DNA from: Utricularia gibba
Taxonomy: Eukaryota > Plantae > Magnoliophyta
Length of the DNA stretch: 64,000 nt
Assembly: GCA_002189035.1 (NCBI GenBank)
Contig: NEEC01000011.1
Coordinates: 1,860,001-1,924,000 of the forward strand
Reading direction: 5' to 3'
Below, piece by piece: positions 1 to 12,907 of the stretch. A program made the position numbers and the translations under genes. The notes beneath the pieces were generated by a model that worked only from the letters and a program-made list of their open reading frames with translations, had not been told where the DNA came from and made no database searches. The stretch's first letter is position 1; the number at the start of each line of letters is the position of its first letter.

Positions 1-589
1 ATAATAAGTGGAATCATACAGTGCAGAAGATGCTGGTCAAAAGGCACAATCATTTTCCAGAATAATTCCAAATCATATACTTCATAATATTAATTTAATT
101 GAATAAATACCACATTAATTTAAAGTTTTGTTTCGCCGCTTTTGTTTCTGAAAAAGGATACTTAAAAAGTTTTGTTATCACATACGAATGATTTTTACTT
201 TAAAAATAGAAAAAAATCTAAAAATATTTTAAAAAGTTGGAAAAAGTTAATTTCTATTTTATTATAATGTTTTATAAAAAATTACTTTTTGAGAAATGGA
301 ATCAAATAATAATTAAATTAGAAAAAGTCAATTTCCATTTGATCATATTTCTCAAAATCAAATTTCAAAAAGTTTTTAATAATAAAAAGAAATTTCATAT
401 TTTTTTATCTTTTTAAAAATAAAAAAATATTCTAAACAAAGTGCCAATATAGACATGAATGTAGGTCAACGGGCAAATTGTTTTTTTTTTCAATTAAAAA
501 AACAGTAGTTGACCATTTCTCAGAAGGGCCCACCCATGCAGCCCCAACCGGATCAGACCGGGTTTTGAATGCACTGCGTGACTCGGGAC

Positions 590-3418
590 TTAGTTGTCAA
601 TGTTCATGAAGTATTGTTGAGGTATAGAGGGAGGGCAGTACTTCTTTGCCACAAATTTGTACTGTTCGAAACAAAAAAGAGACAGCAATCTGTTAGCTTG
701 GGTTATGAAACGGTGATTAAAGTATCAAAATGAGGTGCTTGCTGCTCACCTTATGCTGGCTGTACTTCTCCCTAACGGCGGGGAGAGAGGAGGTTTCGTT
801 GTTGCAGACCAGGCCGTGCAATGCCGAAACGCAGTCCAGCAAGTGATGAGGCTTATAGAGAGTGTAATGAGCCAGGGTGGGGCTCTGAAATGCATCAAGT
901 GTAAGAAGAAAGAATTGAGGGGAAATCAGTGTGGATGCATATGAACGTGCGTACCCATGGTCTCTTGGAAGGAAGAAGAATGAACTTGGCCAGGAAGATT
1001 GATGAGGCTGCTATTAATGATGGTGCAAATCGGAGCATGGTGTACTGCAACAGGGAAAGCTCGGCGATGTAGTTGGCCAGGCACTCCAGCAGCAACAGTG
1101 GAGTCTTCGATGTAGACGCAGCAGCCAGCTATATGGAAGGGAAAGAGCGTTTAGTGTCAACAAAGATGATGATATTAATTGTATGAAGTCAGGAGGATCC
1201 AATGTACCTCATCAACGTCTTGTGCGGCACGTATAAACCGCCTAAAAGAGAAAAGATTGATATGAATGAAGATCACATTTCACTAGTTTTTTTCTGTTAT
1301 TCAGGGAAACAGGACAAGGGACACTACCTCAAGAAGCATTTAGTAGTCGGGGCTGTCATTTCAAATTTGAGGTAGTTCAGAACACGGGACTCCATTTCCA
1401 AAACCTGATAAATTGACTGTTTTTTAAATCTGCTGTTCTTGCGCACTCAAACCATAGATAATTGTATGAGGGGAGAAAATCACCTCATCTTTGAAGTATG
1501 TATTATCTGTAATGTAGCAAAACTCCTCTACTTGTGGCGCACATATCTCTTCATATTTTCTGAAAGTTTACGCAAGTGAAAACTCTAGGATTCTGTTATC
1601 AGAGAACTACAAGTAGCCATTAAGAGTAACATTATTGAAGGAATCTTACGCTGCAATCATCATGCAAGCTACCCCAACCAATTGCAATCTTTGCCTATCC
1701 ATAGGATTTCCAGAGAGATAGCGATCGATGTAGTTCACTGTCAAATATAATGTGTCCGGAACCAATCTGTATTCCTCGGCTACCTGGTAACGACAGAATC
1801 AGTTCAAACACAGCAGCGAGATGAAAAAATAAAAACTTTTGTTGTGTTGGGTCATGAAATTTAAATATAGTAAAAAGTGTTTTAATGTTACTCAGATGGG
1901 ATAGGGATATATACATGGTATAGGGATATATTTAATTGATAAATTATAATTAGAATGAAAATATCTTTATTATTTTTTGATGTAAATTGATGAAAGAAGA
2001 TTGGAAGGTAAAAATATGAAATGAATCATTATTTTCCGCCGAATACCACACATTGAGAAGTATACTCACCTCCACAAGCCAGTCAACAAGGATTCCTCGC
2101 ATGCCGGCATTGATGTCCTTCTGGATCGTTTCCATGAAATTGGTAGCAGGACGTTTTTTAGCCTGAGGAACGTATGGAATGAAATCAATAAAACATGAAC
2201 AGGCACGACCCATTTGAAAACCAAGAGGAAAAAATTTACAACAATTTTCCAAAGGAAAAATTACCTCAGCTGCCCTCAGATGCTTGTAAATGTCACATGC
2301 AATGGTTGCACACAGTTGTGGATCGTCTAGGTTGTCGTCAACGCATAGAATCTGGTCGCCCGGTTCTCCTAATTCAAGTATGCATAAGCTTCCTGCATTC
2401 GTTGTAGAGATTACAAATGTAATGTCTTCCAAGTGCAAGATTTGAAAACTGAGTATCAAGGATATTATGGTAGAGATATAAAAAACAAGTAAAAAGTGCG
2501 ATATAGGTGATCAAAATTCAAGAAAACCTGCTGGAGTTCCCAACTTTTCTGAAATGGAAAGCATGCTAGACGTCTTCTTCTCTATTAAATCGACCGCCTC
2601 TATTTCATTACTGTCCATATATTCAACATCTGGGCTCCGTATTGAATCACAAATGGATGGGGACTCATCCATGGAACTGGAGGAAGATTCGGAATTATTT
2701 TGTGATACCTCCACATCGTGTGAAGTGGCTATAGCACCACTGCTGGAGATAACTGCATCACTTCTTTGAAGAGATGCAGCTCCAGGTATGACAGATATCG
2801 CATGTTTCCCAGCGCAACTAGAGGGCAGAACAGCTCCTAGTGCAGAGGGTCTTGCATTTGACGAAGTTGAAGGAACCTTCTTGATAGTCACGATGTTGCT
2901 AGAACATGGTGCCTGCAGATTTCAAACTAAGAAAATGGCAACGTTGACAAAATACAGGGTCCAGGTTGATAAAAGCAATATGCGCTGACACATTTACAGC
3001 CCGGGAACATGAAAAAATTATCCCACATGTAGCATAAGTCAGTGTGCCAACTTCGAACTCCCAGAGATGAGGCACATGGGAAAACCATTCTACAAGGTAT
3101 ACCTCAAACTATTCATCACCAGATCGCCGTTCAAAGCACGTCCCCAATTCAAACTCTAACATATTCATACTCCAGAAAATATAATCCCTAAACTCTTCAA
3201 GACATCTGAATAAGCGAAAACAGAGAACGATAAGTTCAACGTACGATTTTCGTTGATCCGGGTACGGGAACAGTCGCGGAAGGCCGCTGATTCGTAATAT
3301 TCGCCAGTGCCGGCCGTTTTTTCAGAGCTCCCGCCGGCACAGCCGCCTTGGAAAAATTCTCCGATGCCGAGGCATGACGCTTCGTCAAAGATGACGTAGT
3401 AGAGCGCCTACTGGCCAT
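590..3418 (-). CDS. CYCA1;1: A1-type cyclin (multi-exon)
   Basis: Manual splicing gives N-term [10 protein letters not shown]...[12 protein letters not shown] (D-box), cyclin box [56 protein letters not shown], and C-term [14 protein letters not shown]; TAA at 590-592; GT-AG introns. Confidence 0.93.
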
Positions 3419-3569
3419 CGTCACTCAACAGATTCCAAAATCAGTTAAAAACACTATGAATTCAAGATCAGATCCGAAAATCCCAGAGAAGCATCAAGGA
3501 ACAAAAAATGAACTGAGAAAATGGGTCAAGTTTGGGTCAAAAAGGCGGAGAAAGGCAAGGTTTGCCACT

Positions 3570-3592
3570 GGGGGGGGGGGGGGGGGGGGGGG
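3570..3592. repeat. poly-G homopolymer (23 G)
   Basis: Read directly from the sequence; about 150 bp upstream of the cyclin ATG. Confidence 0.9.
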
Positions 3593-3593
3593 T

Positions 3594-3668
3594 ATCCGTT
3601 GGCTCCATTTCAAAAGGAGGATTTGAAATGCGTGGACTCTCAGCCGTTGGATCATGCTATCCGTTAAG
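3594..3668 (-). promoter_or_regulatory. Three MSA-like (AACGG core) elements in the cyclin promoter
   Basis: CCGTT at 3596-3600, 3644-3648 and 3661-3665; the middle one reads TCCAACGGCT on the minus strand, close to the MYB3R-bound MSA consensus of G2/M genes. Confidence 0.65.
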
Positions 3669-4034
3669 TCGTAGGGAGCATGCCGTGGTCCCCACCAGAC
3701 GAAGCGGGACCCCCAACCGGCTGGGCTTAACGAAAAATGGAGTAATTTGAATTCGAATTTGAAGTGCACCCCACCGGACAGCGAGAACACACACGTGGCA
3801 GGATGACGTATGCGAACAAAGTCATTAAACGTGCAGGTGGACACATTCAATTCATGGCTCATGCTTGATGACGCGTGCATATTAAGAATAACAAGCAAAA
3901 TTCTCATTCAAATTTCCTCAATTTGGTATAATATAATATTAACATATATATATTTACCATAAATAGATGTATTTTGAATATCGACCCAAAGAGTATAACC
4001 CTAATCCCTAAGCCCAAGCTCTATGGCCCCCACC

Positions 4035-4685
4035 TAGAGTTCATCGCGAGTCCGACTCGACTGGTCACGGGTCGAACCCATCGGGTAAAAAATGAAATGT
4101 CTGACTCGGTGGGTACGGGTTGATAGGTTGTACAGGCTGACTCGTTTAGGGTCACGGGTTGACATCGCAATGACATGTTTGTGATGCTTGAAGAATATTA
4201 AAGCCATTGTCTTGTAGGCACTGTAATTGTATGTTTGCGATGCCTGGAGAATATTGAAACCAGTGTCTTTCAGATACTACAATTGCATGTTTGAGATGAC
4301 TGAAAAACATTGAAACAATATATTCCAGGCACTATAATTGTATGTTTGCGATGCCTAAATAACATTGAAGTCAATGTTTTCTAGGTACTACAATTGTATG
4401 TTTGCAGTGCTTGGAGAACATTTAAACCAATGTTTTCCAAACACTACAATTGTATGTTTACGGTGTCTGAAAAATATTGAAATTAATATATTCTAGTCAC
4501 TGCAATAACATATTTACGATGTCTAAAGAATATTGAAGTTAGTGTTTTATAAGTCCATTTTGATTGACCCGCAAGGTCGACCCGTACTCGTGTGCAACCG
4601 ACTCGTCCCGTACCCGTTTTCGACGATTAGGTAACGGGTCAGACCTCTCACGAGTCAACCCGTGGGATATACGTGCCCAACTCTA
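4035..4685. mobile_element. Non-autonomous hAT-like DNA transposon
   Basis: Perfect 8-bp TSD CCCCCACC (4027-4034 and 4686-4693); TIR TAGAGTT...AACTCTA; multiple subterminal ACGGGT/ACCCG and GACTCG motifs at both ends; no transposase ORF. Confidence 0.85.
4169..4550. repeat. Degenerate 56-bp tandem array (about 7 units) inside the hAT element
   Basis: Unit anchors at 4169, 4225, 4281, 4336, 4392, 4448, 4504; approximate consensus AATTGTATGTTTGCGATGCCTGGAGAAYATTGAAACCAATGTTTTCTAGGCACTAC. Confidence 0.9.
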
Positions 4686-4896
4686 CCCCCACCTGACGTA
4701 ATGAAGTCCAATCCATTGGTTTGATATATTTATTATATTATAGAAAAAAGAGTAAAATATGACATGTTTCAAACTTTTTAAATTAATCGAAATTTGTGGC
4801 CCTAATTGTGGGGACTCAATTTTAAATTTTGGGCAAAGTAGGGATTCATTTTCTAATAACAAAAACTTGTGTAGTGATTTCCAATAAAATTTGAAA

Positions 4897-4904
4897 GCGG
4901 GAAT
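4897..4904 (+). promoter_or_regulatory. E2F-binding site upstream of RFC4
   Basis: GCGGGAAT (reverse complement ATTCCCGC) matches plant WTTSSCSS; about 45 bp before the ATG of a replication gene. Confidence 0.7.
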
Positions 4905-4948
4905 ATTAGCCCTATTTTGCAATTGCAACCTCCGTTGTCGTCGTGGAG

Positions 4949-7582
4949 ATGGCGCCATTGTTGCAGAGCTCTCAGCCATGGGTGGAGAAATAGTAAGCTG
5001 AACTATTACTGTTCTTATTCCCTCGGAAAACACGGTTGCACTTTTTTTCTTCTTTCGAATTTTGCGTGTTCATCTCATTATTTTGGTGCTGGCAGCCGAC
5101 CGAAGCAAGTAAAGGACGTTGCTCACCAAGAGGAGGTTGTTCGGGTGCTGACGAACACTTTGGAGACATCAAATGTAGGAACTACGTTTCTTCCGTATGC
5201 TCTTTTTCCTAGGTCTATGCATCTGAATCCCGTATCTTTTTTTCTATATGCTTTTTTAATCGAAGTACGTCAACAGTGCCCCCATATGCTATTTTATGGG
5301 CCTCCGGGCACTGGGAAAACAACTACAGCGCTCGCAATAGCTCACCAACTGTTTGGGTAATTCATTTTTTCGCTGCATTTGCATATGGGATTTCCTTTGT
5401 GTCCCCGAGATGAGAGATTGCGTTTTTCTCATTTACTAGGCCCGAATTATATAAATCTAGAGTACTTGAGTTGAATGCGAGTGATGATCGCGGGATCAAC
5501 GTTGTCCGGACAAAAATTAAGAACTTTGCTGCTGTTTCCGTTGGCTCTGCCCGCTATGGGTATACCTTGGTTTTCTTATCTGAGCATTCATTCAACATCA
5601 TTGTTGATGTTTTTGGAATCATCGTATGCTGCTCTTCCTCCTTTTAGTGGTTATCCGTGCCCTCCTTATAAGATCATAATACTTGATGAGGCAGATTCAA
5701 TGACTGAAGATGCTCAGGCATGTTCCCTGGTCCTGAAGCTTTCTATTTAGCTTCATTATGTATGATTGTGGAAGTTTATGTTTTAACTTTTGCAGAATGC
5801 TTTGAGACGTACAATGGAGACATACACCAAAGTCACACGGTTCTTTTTCATTTGTAACTATATCAGCAGGTTGGACTGAGCTGCTATCTCACTCTTACTG
5901 TACGCTTCGTTTTCGTTCCTCCATACATATCATTGCATTGCCATTATTTGGTCATGTTGTTTTATATCATAAATTGATTCAAAAATTTTGATCTTTTTCA
6001 AGCTTTGCACATTTCCTTAGTTTCATCTTCTTTCCTGCGGATTTCATGACTATTCTGTATGGTCCAGAATTATTGAGCCTCTTGCGTCTAGATGTGCAAA
6101 GTTCAGATTCAAGCCACTAACTGAAGAAATTATGAGCGACCGTATACAGTATATCTGCAATGAGGAATCTCTTAACTTAGATGCAGAGGTATAGACTACC
6201 ATGGTGAACTTTTATGCGTTTTGGTAATAGTCCCATTCTATGCTAGCTTAGACACAATCTTCTATGTTGTTTCAGGCCCTTTCAACCTTAAGTTCCATTT
6301 CTCAAGGTGATTTGCGCCGGGCTATAACTTATCTGCAGGTAAGATTTATCTGTTACTCTATTTGTCTCGGTTAGCATTCACACAAATACATCAGTAGCAG
6401 CTGACTTATAAGATAAAAGAAACTGTGGCATAAGGCCTCTGCTGTATTTCTGTTACTTTAAAATACACCAAAAGACGTGTCCAAATGTGTTTGTTGACAT
6501 TGCATTTAAACATTGTTCCATGGGATGATTTTCAACTTGTTTCAGGGTGCTGCTCGCCTGTATGGGTCTTCAATTTCATCCAAGAATCTAATTAGTGTGT
6601 CTGGAGTAAGTTCTATGCTGATTAGTATCCAGCGAAGGCATATTTTTTACAGTTTATTGCCTCTTTGGTATCGTTTATATGCTCTTTTTTCCTATACGAA
6701 GTTGAAATGCTAAAAACCATGTTATCATGCTCAGGTGATTCCCGAAGATGTTGTGCTTACCCTGTTTCAGGCTTGCAAAAGTGGTGATTTCGACATGGCA
6801 GACAAGGAAGTTCAAAATATAGTTGCTGAAGGATATCCTGCTTCCCAGATGCTTTTACAGGTTCATTTATGGTGTTGATTTTCTGATTTTTTTTTCATGT
6901 TTGATTCTGATAATTCTTGGATCACTTCTCAGCTGTATGATCTAATCATTGAGTCAGATGATCTGTTGGACGAACAGAAGGCAATAGTATTCAAAAAATT
7001 TGGTGAGGCTGATAAGGTGAGGCTTTTGGTTTGAGCAGTGCTTTTGCATGACGAATGTTTTTTTTTTTTTCTGGTGCGATTTCATAATCATGTTTGCTTT
7101 TAATGAATCAGGAATAGAAAAGCTCTTACGAATTGATTAATGAAGGCTCTTCCTGTGTGTAGCATTTTTTTTGTTTTTTGGGTGAAGTTTTGGATTATTG
7201 GTACCTTGAACTTGGATCAAAAAAACCTCAGAACTGCACAGGATACACGACCTTTAGGTTCGGAGCTTTCTTCATCATGATAGACCAGATAGTTTAATAT
7301 TTTAACATGCATGTTTGAGCGCGTTCTACTCTTCCAGTGTGTAGCATCTCAAAACATGCATGTTAAACTGTTCTTAAATGTGATGAATGCTAAGTGCTGA
7401 TTGTTTGTTTAATGCACTGTTAGTTTTTTCGCGTGATGAGACTTCAGCTGTGTTTTTTTTTTCCTTGGTGTAATAAGCCTTTTCTCCATCGGCAGTGTCT
7501 CACAGAGGGAGCTGATGAGTACCTCCAACTGTTGGACGTAGCTGGGGCAACGATGCGCGCCATTTGCAACATGCCAGTATAA
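4949..7582 (+). CDS. RFC4: Replication factor C small subunit (Arabidopsis RFC4 / yeast RFC2 type), 12 exons
   Basis: [30 protein letters not shown], Walker [56 protein letters not shown]; one GC-AG intron (5718-5795). Confidence 0.95.
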
Positions 7583-9899
7583 CACTCCTCCAGGAATTGA
7601 TAAGCCGGCCAGGTCCTCTTCCCCTTCCTTTCCCTATATTTCATAGCCTACGTTGCTGCCAATTGTCGCATCCTGAAAAGTTTTTGTGGAGCATATGTTG
7701 CTCTAGGAATGAAATTCCAATAGGAACATGAGAACTCTACCTCCTAAAACAACTTGTTTACTGTGTTACCATCATGATCTATCAAATTACCATAGAATTC
7801 ATTGAATCATTGTTTGAAACCCATTGGGTTATCCTCAGAACTTGTTAAACTATCGTTTGGATTTTTGTTTGAATTTTTTAGATTATCATCTTCATGAAAA
7901 TCCATGGAATCATTATTGAAACTCGCTGGAACTCACCTAAACCCATTTAGGCCATTGTGAGAATTCATGGAACTATTCTTATAATCTTTTGGATCATCAA
8001 CTAAATTTATCAGACTGCACTTAGGATCCATTATTGAAACCCGCATGAGATCCTCGTCGGAATCCATGAATCCATCTTTAGCTCGCGGTCAAAACTTAAG
8101 GTACGGTGCATGCACATTTATCTGTGTGTTGACCTTTACCTATTCATATTGTTGTGAATCATAATTCGGGTCACCATGCCTAGGGTGGCTTGTCCTTTTC
8201 TACTTGATGGTCTACTCGTTCCTTGGTCAATGATCTGTATGAAAGAATTGGTTTTTAGTCTTGTGCCTGTGTGTTTTTCATGGTATCCATGGTGGTCCAT
8301 CCAGGATCAACATCGACGTACCATTGACGATATGCTAACATAGGTCTATAGATGTATATTTTTAGGGTCATCGACCCTCATATTCATTGCCCCTTATAAA
8401 ACTAAGATTATGTTTCTTTTCAAAAGCATTTTTTGAGAAGCGTTTCTAATGAAATTGAAGTGTAAGATTTCTGTTCCTTTTATCTTAGAATGTGCTTGTG
8501 TTTAGAATTCCTTTTAGAAGTATAATCCAGATCCAGATTCAACGTCTTGAATCAATTAGGTCTCAACTCCCATTGAGAAATCAAATATGGATCTGCATGC
8601 ATACCATCCACAACACTACACACAACTGATCATTGATCAGTTTAGACCTTCATTACATGAGTCCCCATATAGAAATTGGGCGTGCCTTGAATCTTTGAAG
8701 AGAGCTCTTCATTTGATCCTACATTTACATGAGAGTGTTCTGAATTTAGAACCCTAATTACAACTATATGTCTTGATTGTGTACCCAATGGACTTAGAAC
8801 ATGTTTAACCCTTCCAAAACTTGAACTTTCAAACCCTAACACTCTAGTTAAACAAAAATTGACCGCCCTATTTGAGATCATTGATTTTTCCAATTATGGT
8901 GTGGGAAATATGCGAACCTACTACTACGATGTAGGTTTTTTATTTCTTCTTTTTAACACCTATATTGACATTAATCAGTGAGTTGTTGTTATTTAGAAAA
9001 AAATACTTTTGTTTCTCATGTGTCGCCTAATTTTTATTATTTTTACAATTTTAAAACTGCAAACGGGATTTCTGATTTCTATTTCTAGATTGTGAGGGTA
9101 TATTTTACGCATATTTTCAAAATATTTTTTTTTTAGAAAATGAGAATGAAAAGTAAGAATGAACAAAATGGTTCATTTTACATTTAACATTTTTTTAAAA
9201 TGAGAATTTTATATTATGGGATTAGTTACAGTTTAGTTAATCATTGATTAGTGACGCTTGGCATTTACTGTTGTACGCATTCTTCCCTTTCCCTTCCCTG
9301 TGTACCTTTGTACAGATTCAATGAAAGTACACAGCAGACTGCACGGCTCTCCCATCCAGGGGGCCCCGACTCTTTCTCCAGCCTCCTGAACATCCATTTC
9401 GAGGGGATGACGACGACCCTCCTCTTAAACAAAACAATGGTTCCTTCCATTTTCCAGGGCCTGTGTTAGGAGAATGGCTGACGACTCTTTGGGGCATGGC
9501 TTGCTGTTTTCACACAAGTCTGCGCCTGATATATCTCGTATCTGATCTGATCCTTGTACGGTAGATCGACGGCCGGGTCCCCTTTACCAGCTCCGGGCAA
9601 TAAATGGATGATGCATTTGGTGATCTTGCGTACTTTTTTCTACTTGCAAAGGAATCCTGGACCAATCAAGCCAGCCGGCACGTAGCACTGTGCAGGTGTA
9701 GGGTTGAGGAAAGCGTTTTTTGTGCTACAAAATCATCTCTGGGATTTGGGAAAACGTGAATTGTAGAGGTTTGACTTCAGGGAAGAGTTCTTCTTCTAGA
9801 CTGTACGAAAGTTTTACTTTATTTGCATGGGGAGGAAAGAAAAGTTGGGGGTAGGTTTCCCTTCCATGCGGCTTACTTGGACATAGCCATTCACTCCAC

Positions 9900-9907
9900 T
9901 ATAAATA
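9900..9907 (+). promoter_or_regulatory. TATA box of the NRAMP gene
   Basis: TATAAATA about 45 bp upstream of ATG 9953. Confidence 0.6.
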
Positions 9908-9952
9908 AATGCACACACCACCAGATCTTGCACGCACGCCCACTCGGAAGCC

Positions 9953-12907
9953 ATGGCGACTCCCTCCCCGGTGGTGGAGCACCCCGCCGTCGATGACTTG
10001 GCCGTGGCGCAGAACCCCGCCGTCCTAAAAAAGGTACTGACTCAAACACCTTGGTTGGCATGCCCTCGACGATGATCTCACTTTCCCCATCCCCCCATCT
10101 TTTTTTTTTTCAGAAAAAGCAGGCAGGGTGGAGAAACTTTCTCTCTTATGTCGGCCCTGGATTTTTAGTGTCACTGGCGTATCTTGATCCCGGAAACAGT
10201 AAGCTTCCCATGCTGCCACTCTCTGCCCCTAATGTTAGAAACCCAAAAAACACCATAGCTTCCAATTCCCTTTTCTTCACGCCCGCCTTCGAGCGATTCT
10301 GGTTTGAAGCAAATCTGTGTGTTAGATTTCTGCACAGACCCGGAACCTGGATGATGCTTTTTCTACGTTGCTTGCATGGTCGACAGGTGTTGAGAATAAC
10401 CGTTATGTGTTGTTTTGTGTACCGCAGTGGAGACAGACCTGCAAGCAGGAGCGAGCTTCCGATACGAAGTACGTGTTTTTGTGTGTTGTTGAATGAGTCG
10501 AGTTTATGACACCTGCTTCACTTAACACATCTGCCGCCGGACTGCAGCTCCTGTGGGTGATTCTCATCGGTCTCGTCTTCGCCCTCATCATTCAATCACT
10601 AGCTGCCAATCTCGGAGTCTGCACAGGTAACTAAATATTGTTATAAATATTCTTTTTAAATGAAAAATTATAATAGTATTACAAGTATGAAGAGTTGTAG
10701 ATTAGATAATATTATATTTTAACTATATAATAAATTATATATCACTGATATTCGATTAAGTTTAATATTTTTTAAGATAACTTATGTTTTTTATGTGGTG
10801 TTCAATTCATTGCATTCTTAATTTCATCATATTTATCATTTTTTGATAATCGAATTGATATTAATTTTTAAAATATATTAATTAGCATGTCACATAAATT
10901 AATAATGTTTGAGTTCGTAATTCAGGGAAGCACTTATCGGAGCAGTGCCGGGCGGAGTACCCGAGAGTCGTCAACTTCTGCCTCTGGATCATGGCGGAGC
11001 TTGCCGTCATCGCCGCCGATATTCCCGAGGGTATATTTTGAATAAATGCATACTGCGACGTCGTTTTGGTTTTTGGTCATTGGAATGAAATAAAATCATC
11101 CCGTTATTTTTTTAATTAAAGAAAACTGTTTTTTTTGTAGTATAAAAGCACGGCATTTTGACTGTTTTTTTCGGTTTTGTTAGTTATTGGGACTGCGTTT
11201 GCTTTGAACATTCTGTTTCATATCCCGGTGTGGGTTGGGGTGCTGTGTACGGGATGCAGCACTCTTCTCTTGCTCAGCCTGCAGCGATATGGCGTAAGAA
11301 GCTCTTTTGGAAAGGAACTGTTGGTTGGTTGGCTTTGGGGATGACTTGATTTGGATTTGCAGATTCGGAAACTGGAGCTGTTGATATCGACGTTAGTCTT
11401 TGTGATGGCGGCTTGCTTCTTCGGAGAAATGGCATTCGTTAAGCCGCCGGCGAAAGAGGTGCTCAAGGGAATCTTCGTCCCTAAGCTCAGCAACAATGAT
11501 GCCGTTGGAAGCGCCATCGCGCTCCTTGGAGCTCTGGTTATGCCGTATGGTTTCCCCTTTCCGAAACCTAGATTGAAATTTCTGTAAATTTTTTGATTTC
11601 GGTTGAATTATTGTTTTCGTGGATTACTTTGTAGCCATAATCTGTTCCTTCACTCGGCTCTGGTGCTCACTCGGAAGATACCTAATTCCATCTCTGGAAT
11701 CAATGTAAGTCAGCATTGTGATTCAGTGGCTGATTGCAGTTCGCTGACATTTATTTTGTTTCTGTTTCTAGGAGGCATGCAGATACTTCTTATTTGAGAG
11801 TGGATTTGCTCTGTTCGTAGCGTTTCTGATAAACGTTGCGATTGTTTCCGTCTCTGGGACTGTCTGCTTCGCTGATAATATCTCGCCGGAGAATGCTGAA
11901 CGTTGCAGTGATTTGTCCCTGAACTCTGCTTCTTTTCTGCTACAGGTTTATATCAAAAGAATCTATTTTTTGTGTTGTTCGTCAGCTCACTCCCTTGTTT
12001 TCTGGTAGAATGTACTTGGCAAATCGAGCTCTATTGTCTACGGCATTGCGCTGCTGGCCTCCGGCCAGAGCTCTGCCATTACTGGAACGTATGCGGGGCA
12101 ATTCATCATGCAGGTTATTTGCTTGTAACATCCTTTTGTCAACCTGGCCTATTATCATATTCACGAGTGAAGGTTTTTTGTTTTCCTCCTCTGTGATGCA
12201 GGGCTTCCTCAACTTGAAGATGAAAATGGTGGTTAGGAATCTATTAACAAGAACCATTGCCATCGCTCCAAGTTTGGTAGTTTCATTAATCGGGGGACCA
12301 GCCGGAGCAGGCAGGCTGATCATCATCGCATCGGTTTGCCTCCATTCATAACACAGATTCTAATGATGCATGAAGCCCACTGACTGATGTTCCCAACATC
12401 CTGCAGATGATACTCTCCTTTGAACTCCCATTTTGCCTGATCCCACTTCTGAAGTTCTGCAGTAGCGCCACCAAAATGGGACCTCACAAGACTTCAATAT
12501 ATGTACGATATCCAAACTTACATCATCACATCTAAACATAAGATGCTCCCACATAAGATCAATCTTATAGTGTTTTTACCCATTTGTAGATCATCGTGAT
12601 ATCTTGGATTCTGGGACTGGGTATCATCGGCATCAACGTCTACTATCTTAGCACCGGATTCGTACAGTGGCTCATCCACAACAACCTCCGGAAAATTTGG
12701 AATGTCCTCATCTCCCTAGTGGTGTTCCCTGTAATGGCCGTCTATCTCCTTTCAGTAATCTATCTCATTTTCAGAAGGGACCGTGTCGTCACGTTCATCG
12801 AGCCGGTAGATGATGAACAGGGGGCTTGGGAGACGGAGTACAGTAGTGATCGAGAGAGGCACGTTCCATCTAGAGAAGACCTTGCGGACAACCCTTTACC
12901 TAGGTAA
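9953..12907 (+). CDS. NRAMP5: NRAMP divalent metal (Mn/Fe/Cd) transporter, NRAMP1/5/6 group, 13 exons
   Basis: [54 protein letters not shown]-term [13 protein letters not shown] resembling rice NRAMP5. Confidence 0.9.

Noticed and set aside
121-445. AT-rich block with TTTGTTT...AAACAAA ends as a MITE
   Set aside because: Termini too decayed and no TSD; cannot be supported.
2455-2462. U12 branch-point-like TCCTTGAT in a cyclin intron
   Set aside because: The intron donor is an ordinary GT (GTTTTC), and the homolog-compatible acceptor is far downstream.
4169-4550. 56-bp dyad array as a CRISPR-like locus
   Set aside because: Units are contiguous degenerate copies without unique spacers; no cas genes; plant nuclear context; bounded by hAT ends.
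9390-9420. IRON MAN/FEP peptide next to NRAMP
   Set aside because: Only GDDDD is present; no ATG in frame and no C-terminal APAA motif.
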